Positions 11,226-21,099 of a DNA stretch of 64,000 bases are shown here, one piece after another; position 1 is the stretch's first letter, and every line of letters starts with the position of its first letter. The stretch comes from an uncultured Bacteroidota bacterium (GTDB lineage: Bacteria; Bacteroidota; Ignavibacteria; UBA10030; UBA6906), in contig CAVOYH010000003.1 in assembly GCA_963700635.1 (NCBI GenBank), positions 1,376,001 through 1,440,000 of the forward strand, read 5' to 3'. A program made the translations under genes and the position numbers. The notes beneath the pieces are model-generated. The model worked only from the letters and a program-made list of their open reading frames with translations, ran no database searches and was not told the origin of the DNA.

Positions 11226-11932
11226 CCATGGTGACCCCGGGGCCGTTTATGTTCGACCAGATTATTTTTGTTGTGTTCCCGTATGTGGCCGTCATCCTGT
11301 TTGTCCTGGTCTCGATCCGTCGATTCAGGACGGAAGCCTACACATTCTCCAGTCTCTCGTCCCAGTTCCTCGAGAATCAGAACCATTTCTGGGGGCTCGT
11401 TCCGTTTCACTTCGGCATTATCACCGTCCTGGCCGGACACCTTATCGCATTCCTGATCCCGCGGGAAATCCTCGCGTGGAACAGCCACCCCGTCCGCCTC
11501 TATATTCTTGAGGGATCAGCCCTGGTTGCATCGCTGCTCACGCTGGTTGGATTGACGTCGATACTCCTGCGCCGGTTCACCGATCCCAGGGTGCGCAAGG
11601 TCACCAGCGGGGCGGATTGGGTTGTGCTCGGGAGTTTTGTGGTGCAGATCCTCAGCGGCCTGTATGTTGCAGTGTTCCATAGCTGGGGCTCCTCCTGGTA
11701 TGCGGCGCTGGCCGCGCCGTATCTCTGGTCGCTCGTTACACTGACTCCCGACATCACCTTCGTCACTGCCATGCCCTGGATGGTTAAAGTACATATTGCC
11801 AGCGCGTGGCTGATGATTGCGTTCGCACCGTTCACACGTCTGGTGCACATCCTTGTCGTTCCGAATCCTTATCTCTGGCGAAAACCGCAGGTGGTGCGAT
11901 GGTACACGAAGTGGTCTCCGCGTCGCAGTTAG
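11222..11932 (+). CDS. narI: Nitrate reductase gamma subunit (diheme cytochrome b)
   Basis: SSLSSQFLE, FHFGI...GH, VHI...PFTRLVH heme ligands, RKPQVV; about 5 TM helices. Confidence 0.95.
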   Translation: MTMVTPGPFMFDQIIFVVFPYVAVILFVLVSIRRFRTEAYTFSSLSSQFLENQNHFWGLVPFHFGIITVLAGHLIAFLIPREILAWNSHPVRLYILEGSALVASLLTLVGLTSILLRRFTDPRVRKVTSGADWVVLGSFVVQILSGLYVAVFHSWGSSWYAALAAPYLWSLVTLTPDITFVTAMPWMVKVHIASAWLMIAFAPFTRLVHILVVPNPYLWRKPQVVRWYTKWSPRRS

Positions 11933-11962
11933 CCACACATCCACGATGCCAGGAATTTTTCC

Positions 11963-13534
11963 ATGCAGGGGTCAAGCATGACGAATAATCGGCAGGGCCT
12001 CATCGTGCTCGCAATGAACACGATGGCGTTCACCGTCTGCTTTGCCGTCTGGATGATGAACGGCGTGCTTGTGACGTTCCTGGTGGAGCAAGGGGTGTTT
12101 GACTGGGACAAGAGTCAGATTGGCTGGTTGATCGGCATCCCGGTCCTGACAGGATCGATCATGCGGCTGCCTGTCGGAGTACTGACCGACAAGTACGGTG
12201 GACGGATTGTCTTCGGGCTGCTCTTGCTGCTCTCGGCAATTCCGACCTACTTCCTGAGCTACGCAACGAGTTACACCGGCTTTCTGCTTGGAAGCCTCGG
12301 GTTCGGCCTTTCGGGGGCTTCGTTTGCCGTCGGTATCGCGTACACATCCCTCTGGTTCAAGAAGGAACGGCAGGGGACAGCGCTGGGCATCTTCGGTGCA
12401 GGGAATGCCGGCTCCGCACTGACGAGTATTGGTGCTCCATGGCTCCTGCTGTATCTGACAGACAATGGCGAAAATCTCGGCGCATGGCGGACGATGCCCC
12501 GGCTCTATGCGGGAGCACTGATTGTCATGGCCATCCTGTTTTTTCTGCTTACAAAGTCGAAGAAAGTCCAACACGGCCAGGAACTCACCCTGACCCAGCG
12601 CCTCGCGCCGCTCCGATACACCCGTGTATGGCGGTTCGGTCTCTACTATTTTGTCGTGTTTGGTGGTTTTGTCTCGCTTGCCCAATGGCTTATTCCATAC
12701 TACGTCAGTGCCTATGGCATGACGGTCGCTCTTGCAGGAATCATGGCGAGCATCTTCAGCTTTCCCTCCGGAGTCATCCGTGCACTCGGCGGGTGGTTAT
12801 CGGATCGTTTTGGAGCGCGGGCTGTCATGTACTGGGTGTTTGGCCTGTGTCTTGTCTGCTTTATTTTGCTTTGTGTCCCGCGAATGGATATCGAGTCGCC
12901 CGGTCAGGGCGTGATGGCTGAAAAGTCAGGCCTGGTGACCGAGGTAACTTCAGAGAGAGTTGTTGCTGCCGGGAACGTCTATCCGCTTCTCGCCAGACCG
13001 GCAATAGACAACACGATGTGGGATGAGGGAACGCTCGTGTGGCCTACGTTTACCTTCTGGCAGGAACCTGTGGCGCAGGTAGGAGAGAGGGTTGAAAAAA
13101 GACAACTGCTTGCCAGAGGGGTCACCCACATCTACTTCCAGGCGAATGTATGGATTTTTACGGGCCTTGTGTTTCTGGTGGGTATCATGATGGGCATCGG
13201 AAAAGCCGGCGTCTATACGTTTATCCCCGAATACTATCCGAATGAAGTGGGTATCGTGGGAGGAATCGTCGGGGTGATCGGCGGACTGGGCGGGTTCGTC
13301 TGCCCCATCATTTTCGGATATCTTCTGAAGGCGACAGGCATATGGACCACGGCCTGGATGTTTCTCTTTCTCGTTACCCTGGCAAGTCATCTCTGGATGC
13401 ATGTTACGGTTAGAAGATTGCTCCGGGAACAGGCTCCCATTCTGGATCGCCAGATAGAAGATCATCGACCGATGGAGGAGATGGCCGAAGAAGTACCCCT
13501 GCGTATCCATCTGGGAAAGAGGAGCAGCTCCTGA
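11963..13534 (+). CDS. narK: NarK1-like nitrate/nitrite MFS transporter with a large loop insertion
   Basis: MRLPVGVLTDKYGGR, GASFAVG...GTALGIFGAGNAG, IRALGGWLSD and GGIVGVIGGLGGF. The start may be 11978. Confidence 0.9.
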   Translation: MQGSSMTNNRQGLIVLAMNTMAFTVCFAVWMMNGVLVTFLVEQGVFDWDKSQIGWLIGIPVLTGSIMRLPVGVLTDKYGGRIVFGLLLLLSAIPTYFLSYATSYTGFLLGSLGFGLSGASFAVGIAYTSLWFKKERQGTALGIFGAGNAGSALTSIGAPWLLLYLTDNGENLGAWRTMPRLYAGALIVMAILFFLLTKSKKVQHGQELTLTQRLAPLRYTRVWRFGLYYFVVFGGFVSLAQWLIPYYVSAYGMTVALAGIMASIFSFPSGVIRALGGWLSDRFGARAVMYWVFGLCLVCFILLCVPRMDIESPGQGVMAEKSGLVTEVTSERVVAAGNVYPLLARPAIDNTMWDEGTLVWPTFTFWQEPVAQVGERVEKRQLLARGVTHIYFQANVWIFTGLVFLVGIMMGIGKAGVYTFIPEYYPNEVGIVGGIVGVIGGLGGFVCPIIFGYLLKATGIWTTAWMFLFLVTLASHLWMHVTVRRLLREQAPILDRQIEDHRPMEEMAEEVPLRIHLGKRSSS

Positions 13535-14869
13535 TGACACAGTCCACAACATGGCTCTCCAGATGGGAGCCGGAAAACACCAGGTTCTGGGAGGAGACCG
13601 GGCGCAAAGTCGCATGGCGTACACTTGACGATCACCACCATCTCTCTTGTCCTTTCCTTCTCGACGTGGTTCATGATGAGCGCCATCGTCGTCCGCCTGC
13701 CGCAGGCCGGCTTTACCTTCGATACAATGCAGCTCTTCTGGCTGACGGCGTTGCCGGGGCTTGCCGGAGGGACGCTGCGAGGCGTGCATATGTTCCTCAT
13801 CCCGATTTTCGGTACGCGTGCGGTTATTTCGACGGCCACGTTTTTGAAGTTGATTCCCTGCCTTGGCATCGGTCTTGCCGTGATGAACCCCGCGACCCCG
13901 TTCTGGGTGTTCATGCTGCTCGCGTTTGCGGCCGGTTTCGGAGGTGGTGATTTCTCTTCGCACATGTCGAGCACCAGTGTGTTCTTTCCAAAACGGCTGC
14001 AGGGGACAGCACTTGGCATTCAAGCCGGTGTGGGGAATTTCGGGGTAAGCCTTGCGCAATTTGTGACCCCATGGATCATCGGGATTTCCGGCTACGGGGT
14101 GTCTCAGACGCTCCTGCTGGGTGGGAAAGCCACTCCCGTCTGGCTGCAGAATGCCGCGCTCTGGTATATCCCCCTGCTGCTCCTGATGGGGGCGCTCGCG
14201 TGGAGGTATCTGCGAAGTATCCCCGTGCGTGCCTCGTTCACCGAACAGCTTGACATCTTCAAGAACAAGCACACGTGGTTCTGCACGCTCACCTACGTGA
14301 TGACGTTCGGTTCGTTCGCCGGGTTTTCCGCGGCCTTTCCACTCCTTATCAAGATCCTCTACGGGAAATTCCCGGATGCACCTGACCCACTCGCGTATGC
14401 TTTTCTCGGACCCCTTGTCGGATCCGCTGCGCGTGTTGCGGCGGGACCGCTGGCTGACAGGGTCGGGGGTGCGATTCTGACCCACGTGACCGGTATCGGA
14501 CTGATAGTCTCGGTGGGAATTATGGCAACCACCGGCCTGCTGACACCGGATTCGCCAGATATGTTCCCGTACTTTCTGGCACTGATGCTTATCATCTTCT
14601 TGCTGTCGGGGATCGGGAATGCCTCCACGTTCAGGCAATACCCGATTATTTTCTCGCATTCTCCCCGGCAGGCGGCGGGGGTCATCGGGTGGACGGCCAC
14701 GGTCGCTGCATACGGTCCGTTTGTCTTTGCAACCCTGATTGGTTCGGCCATCACGCACGCCGGATCTCCCGTCCCGTTTTTTGCCGGAGTGGGAGCGTAC
14801 TACGCCATTGCCACGGCTGTCAACTGGTGGTACTACGTGCGAGCGGGATGTGAAACACCACGTTCGTGA
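13534..14869 (+). CDS. narK: NarK2-like nitrate/nitrite transporter; apparent 1-nt frameshift near 13625
   Basis: N-terminus WLSRWEPENTRFWE...AWRTL continues in another frame as TITTISLVLSFSTW; GGTLR, GFGGGDFSS, YVMTFGSF and SGIGNASTF. Confidence 0.9.
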
Positions 14870-14878
14870 GGAATTTGT

Positions 14879-15544
14879 ATGAAATTGCCGGATAACAGAA
14901 TTCTCACCGTCATCCTGGGCGTTGCCGTACTGTTGACGTTTAGTGTGTTCGTGACGTCCTTCACGTTTAATATAAAGTTGCCGGACAACCATCAGGGTTA
15001 TGAACCGGTCCAGCCGATCCAGTATTCGCACAGACTCCACGCCGGAGAACTCGGCATTCCCTGTCTGTTTTGTCACGGTGGCGCGGAGCGGAGCGGCACT
15101 GCGGGGATACCCTCCGCTGGAGTGTGCATGAATTGCCACAAGTATATCTCAGCTCCGTGGGTGCAGGTGAGGGCCGAGGACCAACGTGCCACAAAGGAGA
15201 AGCGTGAACCGCTGCGTCTCGTGTCTCCTGAACTTGAAAAACTCTATAGTGCCATGGGTCTGAATGCTGAAATGAAGAATGACCAGGCGCATACGCCACG
15301 GCCCATCGAATGGGTGAAGGTGCACTCAGTGCCTGCCTTTGTGCGCTTTGATCACAGCATCCATGTGTCTGCCGGAGTGGAATGCCAGACATGCCATGGT
15401 GCGGTGGAAACCATGGAACGTATCCGGCAGGTGTCCGACCTGTCGATGGGGTGGTGTGTGAACTGCCATCGTGATGTCAATCGCCTGGGTCTTAACGGGA
15501 AAACGGTGTATGCTTCGACCGACTGCGTAGTGTGTCACCACTGA
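14879..15544 (+). CDS. actA: Alternative complex III pentaheme cytochrome c subunit
   Basis: N-terminal TM helix, PVQPIQYSHRLH and five CxxCH motifs (CLFCH, CMNCH, CQTCH, CVNCH, CVVCH). Confidence 0.92.
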   Translation: MKLPDNRILTVILGVAVLLTFSVFVTSFTFNIKLPDNHQGYEPVQPIQYSHRLHAGELGIPCLFCHGGAERSGTAGIPSAGVCMNCHKYISAPWVQVRAEDQRATKEKREPLRLVSPELEKLYSAMGLNAEMKNDQAHTPRPIEWVKVHSVPAFVRFDHSIHVSAGVECQTCHGAVETMERIRQVSDLSMGWCVNCHRDVNRLGLNGKTVYASTDCVVCHH

Positions 15545-15585
15545 ACAGAAACGATCACCGTATTGCTGATGAACGACAGGTGCCA

Positions 15586-18561
15586 ATGAGTCACGACCAT
15601 CAACGACCGGAAGGCCCGGTGCCGTTCGATATAGACCGGCGCTCATTTCTCAAAGTTGCCGGGTTCTCGTTCGCAGGAGTTATGATCGCCGGATGCCAGA
15701 AGGGGGGCGTGGAAAAGGCAATTCCACTTCTGGTCCAACCGGAAGACTCCACGCCGGGCATTGCCTCCTGGTATCCCACCACATGCGCCGGGTGTTCTGC
15801 AGGATGTGGTGTGCTGGCGAAAGAGAGGGAAGGACGGCCCATCAAGCTTGAGGGGAATCCGGAGCATCCACTTTCGCGCGGCGGACTGTGCGCGGTGGGT
15901 CAGGCCTCACTGCTGGGACTGTACGATTCCCGGCGACTGCATACGTCCCTCATTCAAGGAAAGCCCTCTACCTGGAGTCAGATCGATGAGGAAGTGGGGG
16001 CGGAACTCAGACGGATCAAGAGCACGGGAGGTGCCGTGTGCTTCCTGACCGGGACCATCGACAGTCCGACGACGCGGGCCATGATCAATAAGTTCCTGGC
16101 CGGCTTCGCCCGTGCACGACATATCGAGTATGACTCGATGTCCTGCTCGGCCATTCTTGATGCGCATAATATCACGCATGGCAAACGGGTGCTGCCGCGC
16201 TATCGATTTGATAGAGCGGAAGTCATCGTCAGTGTTGATGCGGATTTTCTTGGCAATTGGATTTCGCCGGTTGAATTTACGAAGGGATATCGTTCTGGCC
16301 GGACACTCGGAGGCGATCCTGCTCGCTTTTCATTTCATGCCCAGATCGAGTCGCGTGTCTCACTCACCGGCAGCAATGCAGACGAACGAATCTGTGTTTC
16401 TCCGGATGAAATGCGCGGGAGTCTGGAGAAACTGGCAGAGCTGATTGCGTACAGATCAGGAAAGCAGCCCATTGTTCAGACCACTCTCTCCCCGGAGCTG
16501 GACCAAACGATCGGACGCCTTGCCGACCGGCTCTGGTCCGCTCGCGGCAGAGGGCTCGTACTCTGCGGGGTGAACACTCTCCGGTGTCAGTTGCTCGTGA
16601 ATGTCATCAATGACATGCTGGGGAATTACGGCCAGACCGTTGATCTCACCTTCCCCTCGTACCAGTATGGCGGCGATGATGCCGGGCTGGGAGAACTGTT
16701 GAAGGAAATCTTCTCCGGCGATATCGCCGCCCTGTTTATCGCAGGCGTGAACCCTGTCTATGAACTTCCGGACGGGCCGGCCCTCGGCGAGGCATTGAAG
16801 AAGATTCCGCTGGTGGTAAGTTTTGCGGAACGGGTTGACGAAACTGCCGCCTGTTCCCGGTACGTCTGCCCGCAGCCTCACGCGCTCGAATCGTGGACCG
16901 ATCGCGAACCGGTCGCCGGAATTGTTGCGGTGGCGCAGCCCGCCGTACAACCTCTGATGGACACACGGCATCTCCTTGAGAGCCTCGGTGTTTGGAGCGG
17001 TGAAAAAGAACCTGCGCTCAGTCTGATCCAGCGCGAGTGGAAACGGTCTGTGTTCACGCGACAATCGGGGGAAGTTTCCTTTCCACGATTCTGGGATCGA
17101 ACCCTGGCTTCAGGGTACGCCGAGGTTACCTCCAGGCCGGGTGTTTCACGGTCGTGCGACTACGCGGCACTCCGGGGTACACTGGCACCTGTTGTTCCTC
17201 CCGGTTCAGATACCGATGGGCACACGCTTCTCCTGTATCCTTCATTGACCATGCTGGATGGACGGCACGCGCACAATCCCTGGCTGCACGAACTCCCCGA
17301 TCCCGTCACAAAAGTGGTCTGGGACAACGTCGTATCGGTCTCGCGGAAGACCGCAGAAGCACTTGGTGTGCATGATGGGGATGTGCTCCGCCTTGAGGCG
17401 GATGACCGCTCGGTGGAGTTGCCCGTCCATATCCAACCCGGTCAGCACGATACGGTAGTGGTTGTTGCGCTCGGGTACGGAAGGGAGGGCACGGACCGGT
17501 TTGCGGATATTGGTCCGCATTGGCTTCAGTCACAGCCCACGGTGTCAGCGGGTGAACGTATCGGCAAGAATGCCGCGGTGTTTCTCCGGATGGCCGAGGG
17601 GTGTCTTTCCTCCTCTGGAGGCAGGGTTACGCTCGTTGCCACCGGGCGCAAGCAAACACTTGCCATGACCCAGGAGTACAACTCGCTTCACGAGCCCGAG
17701 CTTCTCGGCGGATCAACTGGTCCACGCCGGCCGATAGTTCAGGAAACCACGCTCGCGTCCTTTATCAAGGACCCATCGGCGGGGAGCTTCCACAAGGAAC
17801 AGCTCGACTCCATGTGGCCGGAGGATCACACCTACACAGGACATCGTTGGGGAATGGCGATTGATCTGACTGCCTGTACAGGCTGCTCCGCGTGTGTGCT
17901 CGGCTGCCAGGTAGAAAACAACATTCCGGTGGTCGGCAAAGATGAGGTCCATCGTAACAGGGAATTGGCGTGGATACGGATTGACCGTTATTACGACGAA
18001 TCCGGAGGCGGGTTCTCTGTTGCCCATCAGCCAATGATGTGTCAGCACTGCGGCAACGCTCCATGCGAGACCGTCTGTCCCGTTCTGGCCACGGTGCACA
18101 GTGAAGAGGGACTAAATCAGCAAATCTACAACCGCTGTGTCGGAACACGGTACTGTGCCAATAACTGTCCGTATAAGATGAGGCGATTCAACTGGTTTCA
18201 ATACCGGCACGGTGATGAAATGCATAAAATGGTACTCAACCCTGATGTTACCGTGCGTGATCGGGGTGTTATGGAAAAATGTTCGTTCTGCATTCAGCGC
18301 ATCCAGGGGGCGAAGATCGAGGCAAAACGAAACGGCAGGGTGGTGCGGGATGGGGATGTGCAGCCCGCATGTGCGCAATCATGTCCGGCGCAGGCTATCG
18401 TCTTTGGGGATACGAATGATCCGGAAAGTGACATATCGAAGCGATTGTCCGATCCCCGCGCGTACCGGGTGCTGGAAGAACTTGGCGTCCGTCCGTCGAT
18501 CGGCTACCTGACGCTGGTGCGAAATCGGGAAGCACAACGCACGGAGACGCATCATGGCTAA
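15586..18561 (+). CDS. actB: Alternative complex III subunit B (molybdopterin-oxidoreductase-like fold plus Fe-S domain)
   Basis: Tat motif DRRSFLK, GRPIKLEGNPEHP, NPWLHELPDP; Fe-S motifs CTGCSACVLGC, CQHCGNAPCETVC, CVGTRYCANNC and CSFC...CAQSCP. Confidence 0.93.
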   Translation: MSHDHQRPEGPVPFDIDRRSFLKVAGFSFAGVMIAGCQKGGVEKAIPLLVQPEDSTPGIASWYPTTCAGCSAGCGVLAKEREGRPIKLEGNPEHPLSRGGLCAVGQASLLGLYDSRRLHTSLIQGKPSTWSQIDEEVGAELRRIKSTGGAVCFLTGTIDSPTTRAMINKFLAGFARARHIEYDSMSCSAILDAHNITHGKRVLPRYRFDRAEVIVSVDADFLGNWISPVEFTKGYRSGRTLGGDPARFSFHAQIESRVSLTGSNADERICVSPDEMRGSLEKLAELIAYRSGKQPIVQTTLSPELDQTIGRLADRLWSARGRGLVLCGVNTLRCQLLVNVINDMLGNYGQTVDLTFPSYQYGGDDAGLGELLKEIFSGDIAALFIAGVNPVYELPDGPALGEALKKIPLVVSFAERVDETAACSRYVCPQPHALESWTDREPVAGIVAVAQPAVQPLMDTRHLLESLGVWSGEKEPALSLIQREWKRSVFTRQSGEVSFPRFWDRTLASGYAEVTSRPGVSRSCDYAALRGTLAPVVPPGSDTDGHTLLLYPSLTMLDGRHAHNPWLHELPDPVTKVVWDNVVSVSRKTAEALGVHDGDVLRLEADDRSVELPVHIQPGQHDTVVVVALGYGREGTDRFADIGPHWLQSQPTVSAGERIGKNAAVFLRMAEGCLSSSGGRVTLVATGRKQTLAMTQEYNSLHEPELLGGSTGPRRPIVQETTLASFIKDPSAGSFHKEQLDSMWPEDHTYTGHRWGMAIDLTACTGCSACVLGCQVENNIPVVGKDEVHRNRELAWIRIDRYYDESGGGFSVAHQPMMCQHCGNAPCETVCPVLATVHSEEGLNQQIYNRCVGTRYCANNCPYKMRRFNWFQYRHGDEMHKMVLNPDVTVRDRGVMEKCSFCIQRIQGAKIEAKRNGRVVRDGDVQPACAQSCPAQAIVFGDTNDPESDISKRLSDPRAYRVLEELGVRPSIGYLTLVRNREAQRTETHHG

Positions 18562-19978
18562 GACCCCCGTGGCTGCCCGCACGTTCCCCGCCGCACACGA
18601 GGAAAAGTCCTCTGGCTGGTCTGTGTTGAGAGAGCCACTCATTCTCGGGCACAAGACGTATGGTGATGTCACGGAAGATGTGTGCTCGCCTCTGGACCAG
18701 AAGGCATCCACGGCCTGGTGGGCGGCGTTTGTGATTTCTCTCTGCGTCTTGCTGCTGGGGGTGGTCTCTGTTGCCTATCAAATCGCAACCGGCGTCGGTG
18801 CGTGGGGATTGAACAACACCGTTGGCTGGGCGTTTGATATCACCAACTTTGTGTTCTGGATTGGTATCGGCCACGCAGGGACGCTGATCTCAGCCATCCT
18901 GTTTCTTTTCCGCCAGAAGTGGAGAACCGGGGTTAACCGTTCGGCGGAAGCGATGACGATATTTGCGGTGATTTGCGCGGGCATTTTTCCCATCATCCAC
19001 ACGGGGCGTCCCTGGCTGGCGTACTGGCTGGTTCCGTATCCGAATTTCCGCGGACCGCTCTGGGTGAACTTCCGGTCTCCGCTGGTGTGGGATATGTTTG
19101 CGATCAGCTGTTATTTCACGATTTCTGCGGTGTTCTGGTTTGTGGGGCTCATTCCTGACTTTGCCACGCTCCGCGACCGGTCAACGTCCGGTCTGAAAAA
19201 ACGGCTCTACAGCTTCCTCAGTTTCGGATGGGATGGATCCAATCGCACCTGGCACCGATACGAAAAGGTATATCTGCTGCTCGCGGGATTGGCGACACCG
19301 TTGGTGGTGTCGGTACACACGATTGTGAGCTGGGACTTTGCAACCTCGGTCATCCCCGGGTGGCACACGACCATCCTCCCTCCCTATTTTGTGGCAGGCG
19401 CGGTGTTCTCCGGTTTTGCCATGGTGCTCACCCTGATGCTAATCGTGCGCACGGTGATGCGAATGGAAGCCTACATTACCCTCCATCATGTTGAACAGAT
19501 GTGCAAGATCATTCTCACCACGGGAGGCATGGTGGCGCTGGCCTATGCCACCGAGATCTTTGTGGCATATTATTCCGGGAACGAATACGAACGATTCGCT
19601 TTTATCAACAGGGCCCTCGGACCGTACGCCTGGGCGTACTGGACGATGGTCTCGTGTAATGTTCTGGTACCTCAGTTCCTGTGGTTTAAGAAGATCAGAA
19701 GGAGCATCGTTGCCGTTTTTATTCTTTCCATTTTCATCAATATCGGCATGTGGTTTGAGCGGTACGTGATCATCATGACGTCCCTGACCAGGGATTATCT
19801 CCCGGCAGGGTGGTCCGGCTTTACACCCACTCTTATTGACCTCGGCACGCTGATCGGAAGCTTCGGGTTGTTTTTTACTCTCTTCCTGCTCTTTGCCCGG
19901 TTTCTCCCGATGATTGCCATCGGTGAAGTGAAGGGGGTTCTCCGGTACGGCCGTACACCGAAAGGGGATTCAGCATGA
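18554..19978 (+). CDS. actC: Alternative complex III quinol-binding NrfD/PsrC-type subunit
   Basis: FVFWIGIGHAGTLISA, NRSAEAMT, HTGRPW, SPLVWD, SWDFA and WFERY. Confidence 0.95.
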   Translation: MAKTPVAARTFPAAHEEKSSGWSVLREPLILGHKTYGDVTEDVCSPLDQKASTAWWAAFVISLCVLLLGVVSVAYQIATGVGAWGLNNTVGWAFDITNFVFWIGIGHAGTLISAILFLFRQKWRTGVNRSAEAMTIFAVICAGIFPIIHTGRPWLAYWLVPYPNFRGPLWVNFRSPLVWDMFAISCYFTISAVFWFVGLIPDFATLRDRSTSGLKKRLYSFLSFGWDGSNRTWHRYEKVYLLLAGLATPLVVSVHTIVSWDFATSVIPGWHTTILPPYFVAGAVFSGFAMVLTLMLIVRTVMRMEAYITLHHVEQMCKIILTTGGMVALAYATEIFVAYYSGNEYERFAFINRALGPYAWAYWTMVSCNVLVPQFLWFKKIRRSIVAVFILSIFINIGMWFERYVIIMTSLTRDYLPAGWSGFTPTLIDLGTLIGSFGLFFTLFLLFARFLPMIAIGEVKGVLRYGRTPKGDSA

Positions 19979-20499
19979 GCCGCCGCGTATTGGTAAGTGT
20001 GTTCGGGAGTGAGGAGGATATCCTCGGCGCCACAACGCAGGCACGAGAGCGCGGTTATGACATCATTGATACCTATACGCCGTATGCGGTGCACGGACTC
20101 GATGCGGCCATGGGAATCACCCCCACACGTCTTGCGTACGTGTGTTTTGCGCTGGGCCTGACCGGCGCAGTAGCCAAACTGGGTTTCCAGATCTGGACGT
20201 CGGCATGGGATTGGCCCGTGAATGTGGGAGGCAAGCCTCTCGTGTCAATCCCTGCGTTTGTCCCGGTGACCTTTGAAGTCATGGTATTGTTTGCCGGCGT
20301 CGGAACCGTTCTGGCCTTCTTTCTGGTGAGCCGGCTCTTTCCGGGAAAAAAACCGAAGGTGGTGTTTCCACGGGTGACCGACGATCATTTTGTTCTTGTG
20401 CTTGACGAGAAGGATGCTTCGTTTGACGTCAGGAAAGTGGAACTCATGTTCAAACCGTATGCCCCGCTCCACATGGAGGAGCGGGTGCTGCAGGAGTAG
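19975..20499 (+). CDS. actD: Alternative complex III subunit D (DUF3341)
   Basis: YTPYAVHGLD, WPVNVGGKP and PAFVPVTFE. Confidence 0.93.
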   Translation: MSRRVLVSVFGSEEDILGATTQARERGYDIIDTYTPYAVHGLDAAMGITPTRLAYVCFALGLTGAVAKLGFQIWTSAWDWPVNVGGKPLVSIPAFVPVTFEVMVLFAGVGTVLAFFLVSRLFPGKKPKVVFPRVTDDHFVLVLDEKDASFDVRKVELMFKPYAPLHMEERVLQE

Positions 20500-20502
20500 C
20501 GC

Positions 20503-21099
20503 ATGTCGAGCAAGGCCCTGAACCGTGTTCTGTTCGTCATTCTCGTATTCATGGTGGGTACGGTCTTTCTTGTTCGCCGGGATTACACCACGAAAAACGT
20601 GGAATTCCTGCCGGGGATGGTTTCCGGTGTTGCGTACGGACCACAATCCGCCAACCCGATTTTTCAGGATCGAAAGACCCTTCAGATGCCGGTGAAAGGA
20701 ACGGTGGCGCGGGGGTTTGAACCGCTGCTGTACACCCCGGATCCGGAAGGCGCGCTTCGGGCCGGGCTGGAGTTAGGCAGTTCGCTGGATCCGAAAGACA
20801 GCACCGGGGATCTTGCCCGCGGGGCGTTTGTCTTTAACACATTCTGTACACCCTGCCATGGATCAGGCGGAGCGGGCGATGGCCTGATTCCCCAGCGCGG
20901 ATTTCCGCCCCCGCCCTCGCTCCTTGCAGAGCATGCCGTCACCATGAAGGACGGGCAGATCTTCCATATCATCACCTATGGTCAGCGCACTATGCCTGCC
21001 CTTGCCGGGCAAGTGGTGCGCGACGATCGGTGGCGTGTGGTGAACTTTATCCGGACGCTGCAGAAACATTCAAAACCGACTCCCCTCGCCGCACAATGA
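20503..21099 (+). CDS. actE: Alternative complex III monoheme cytochrome c subunit
   Basis: PVKGTVARG, CTPCHG, GQIFHIITYG...MP, DRW; N-terminal hydrophobic anchor. Confidence 0.9.
   Translation: MSSKALNRVLFVILVFMVGTVFLVRRDYTTKNVEFLPGMVSGVAYGPQSANPIFQDRKTLQMPVKGTVARGFEPLLYTPDPEGALRAGLELGSSLDPKDSTGDLARGAFVFNTFCTPCHGSGGAGDGLIPQRGFPPPPSLLAEHAVTMKDGQIFHIITYGQRTMPALAGQVVRDDRWRVVNFIRTLQKHSKPTPLAAQ

Noticed and set aside
12950-15139. 729 aa minus-strand ORF
   Set aside because: Antisense shadow of narK1/narK2/actA; no motifs, and Arg/His-rich composition typical of reverse frames.
14879-19978. Qrc, Nrf or polysulfide reductase complex
   Set aside because: Fused ActB plus actD, actE and actF identify alternative complex III.
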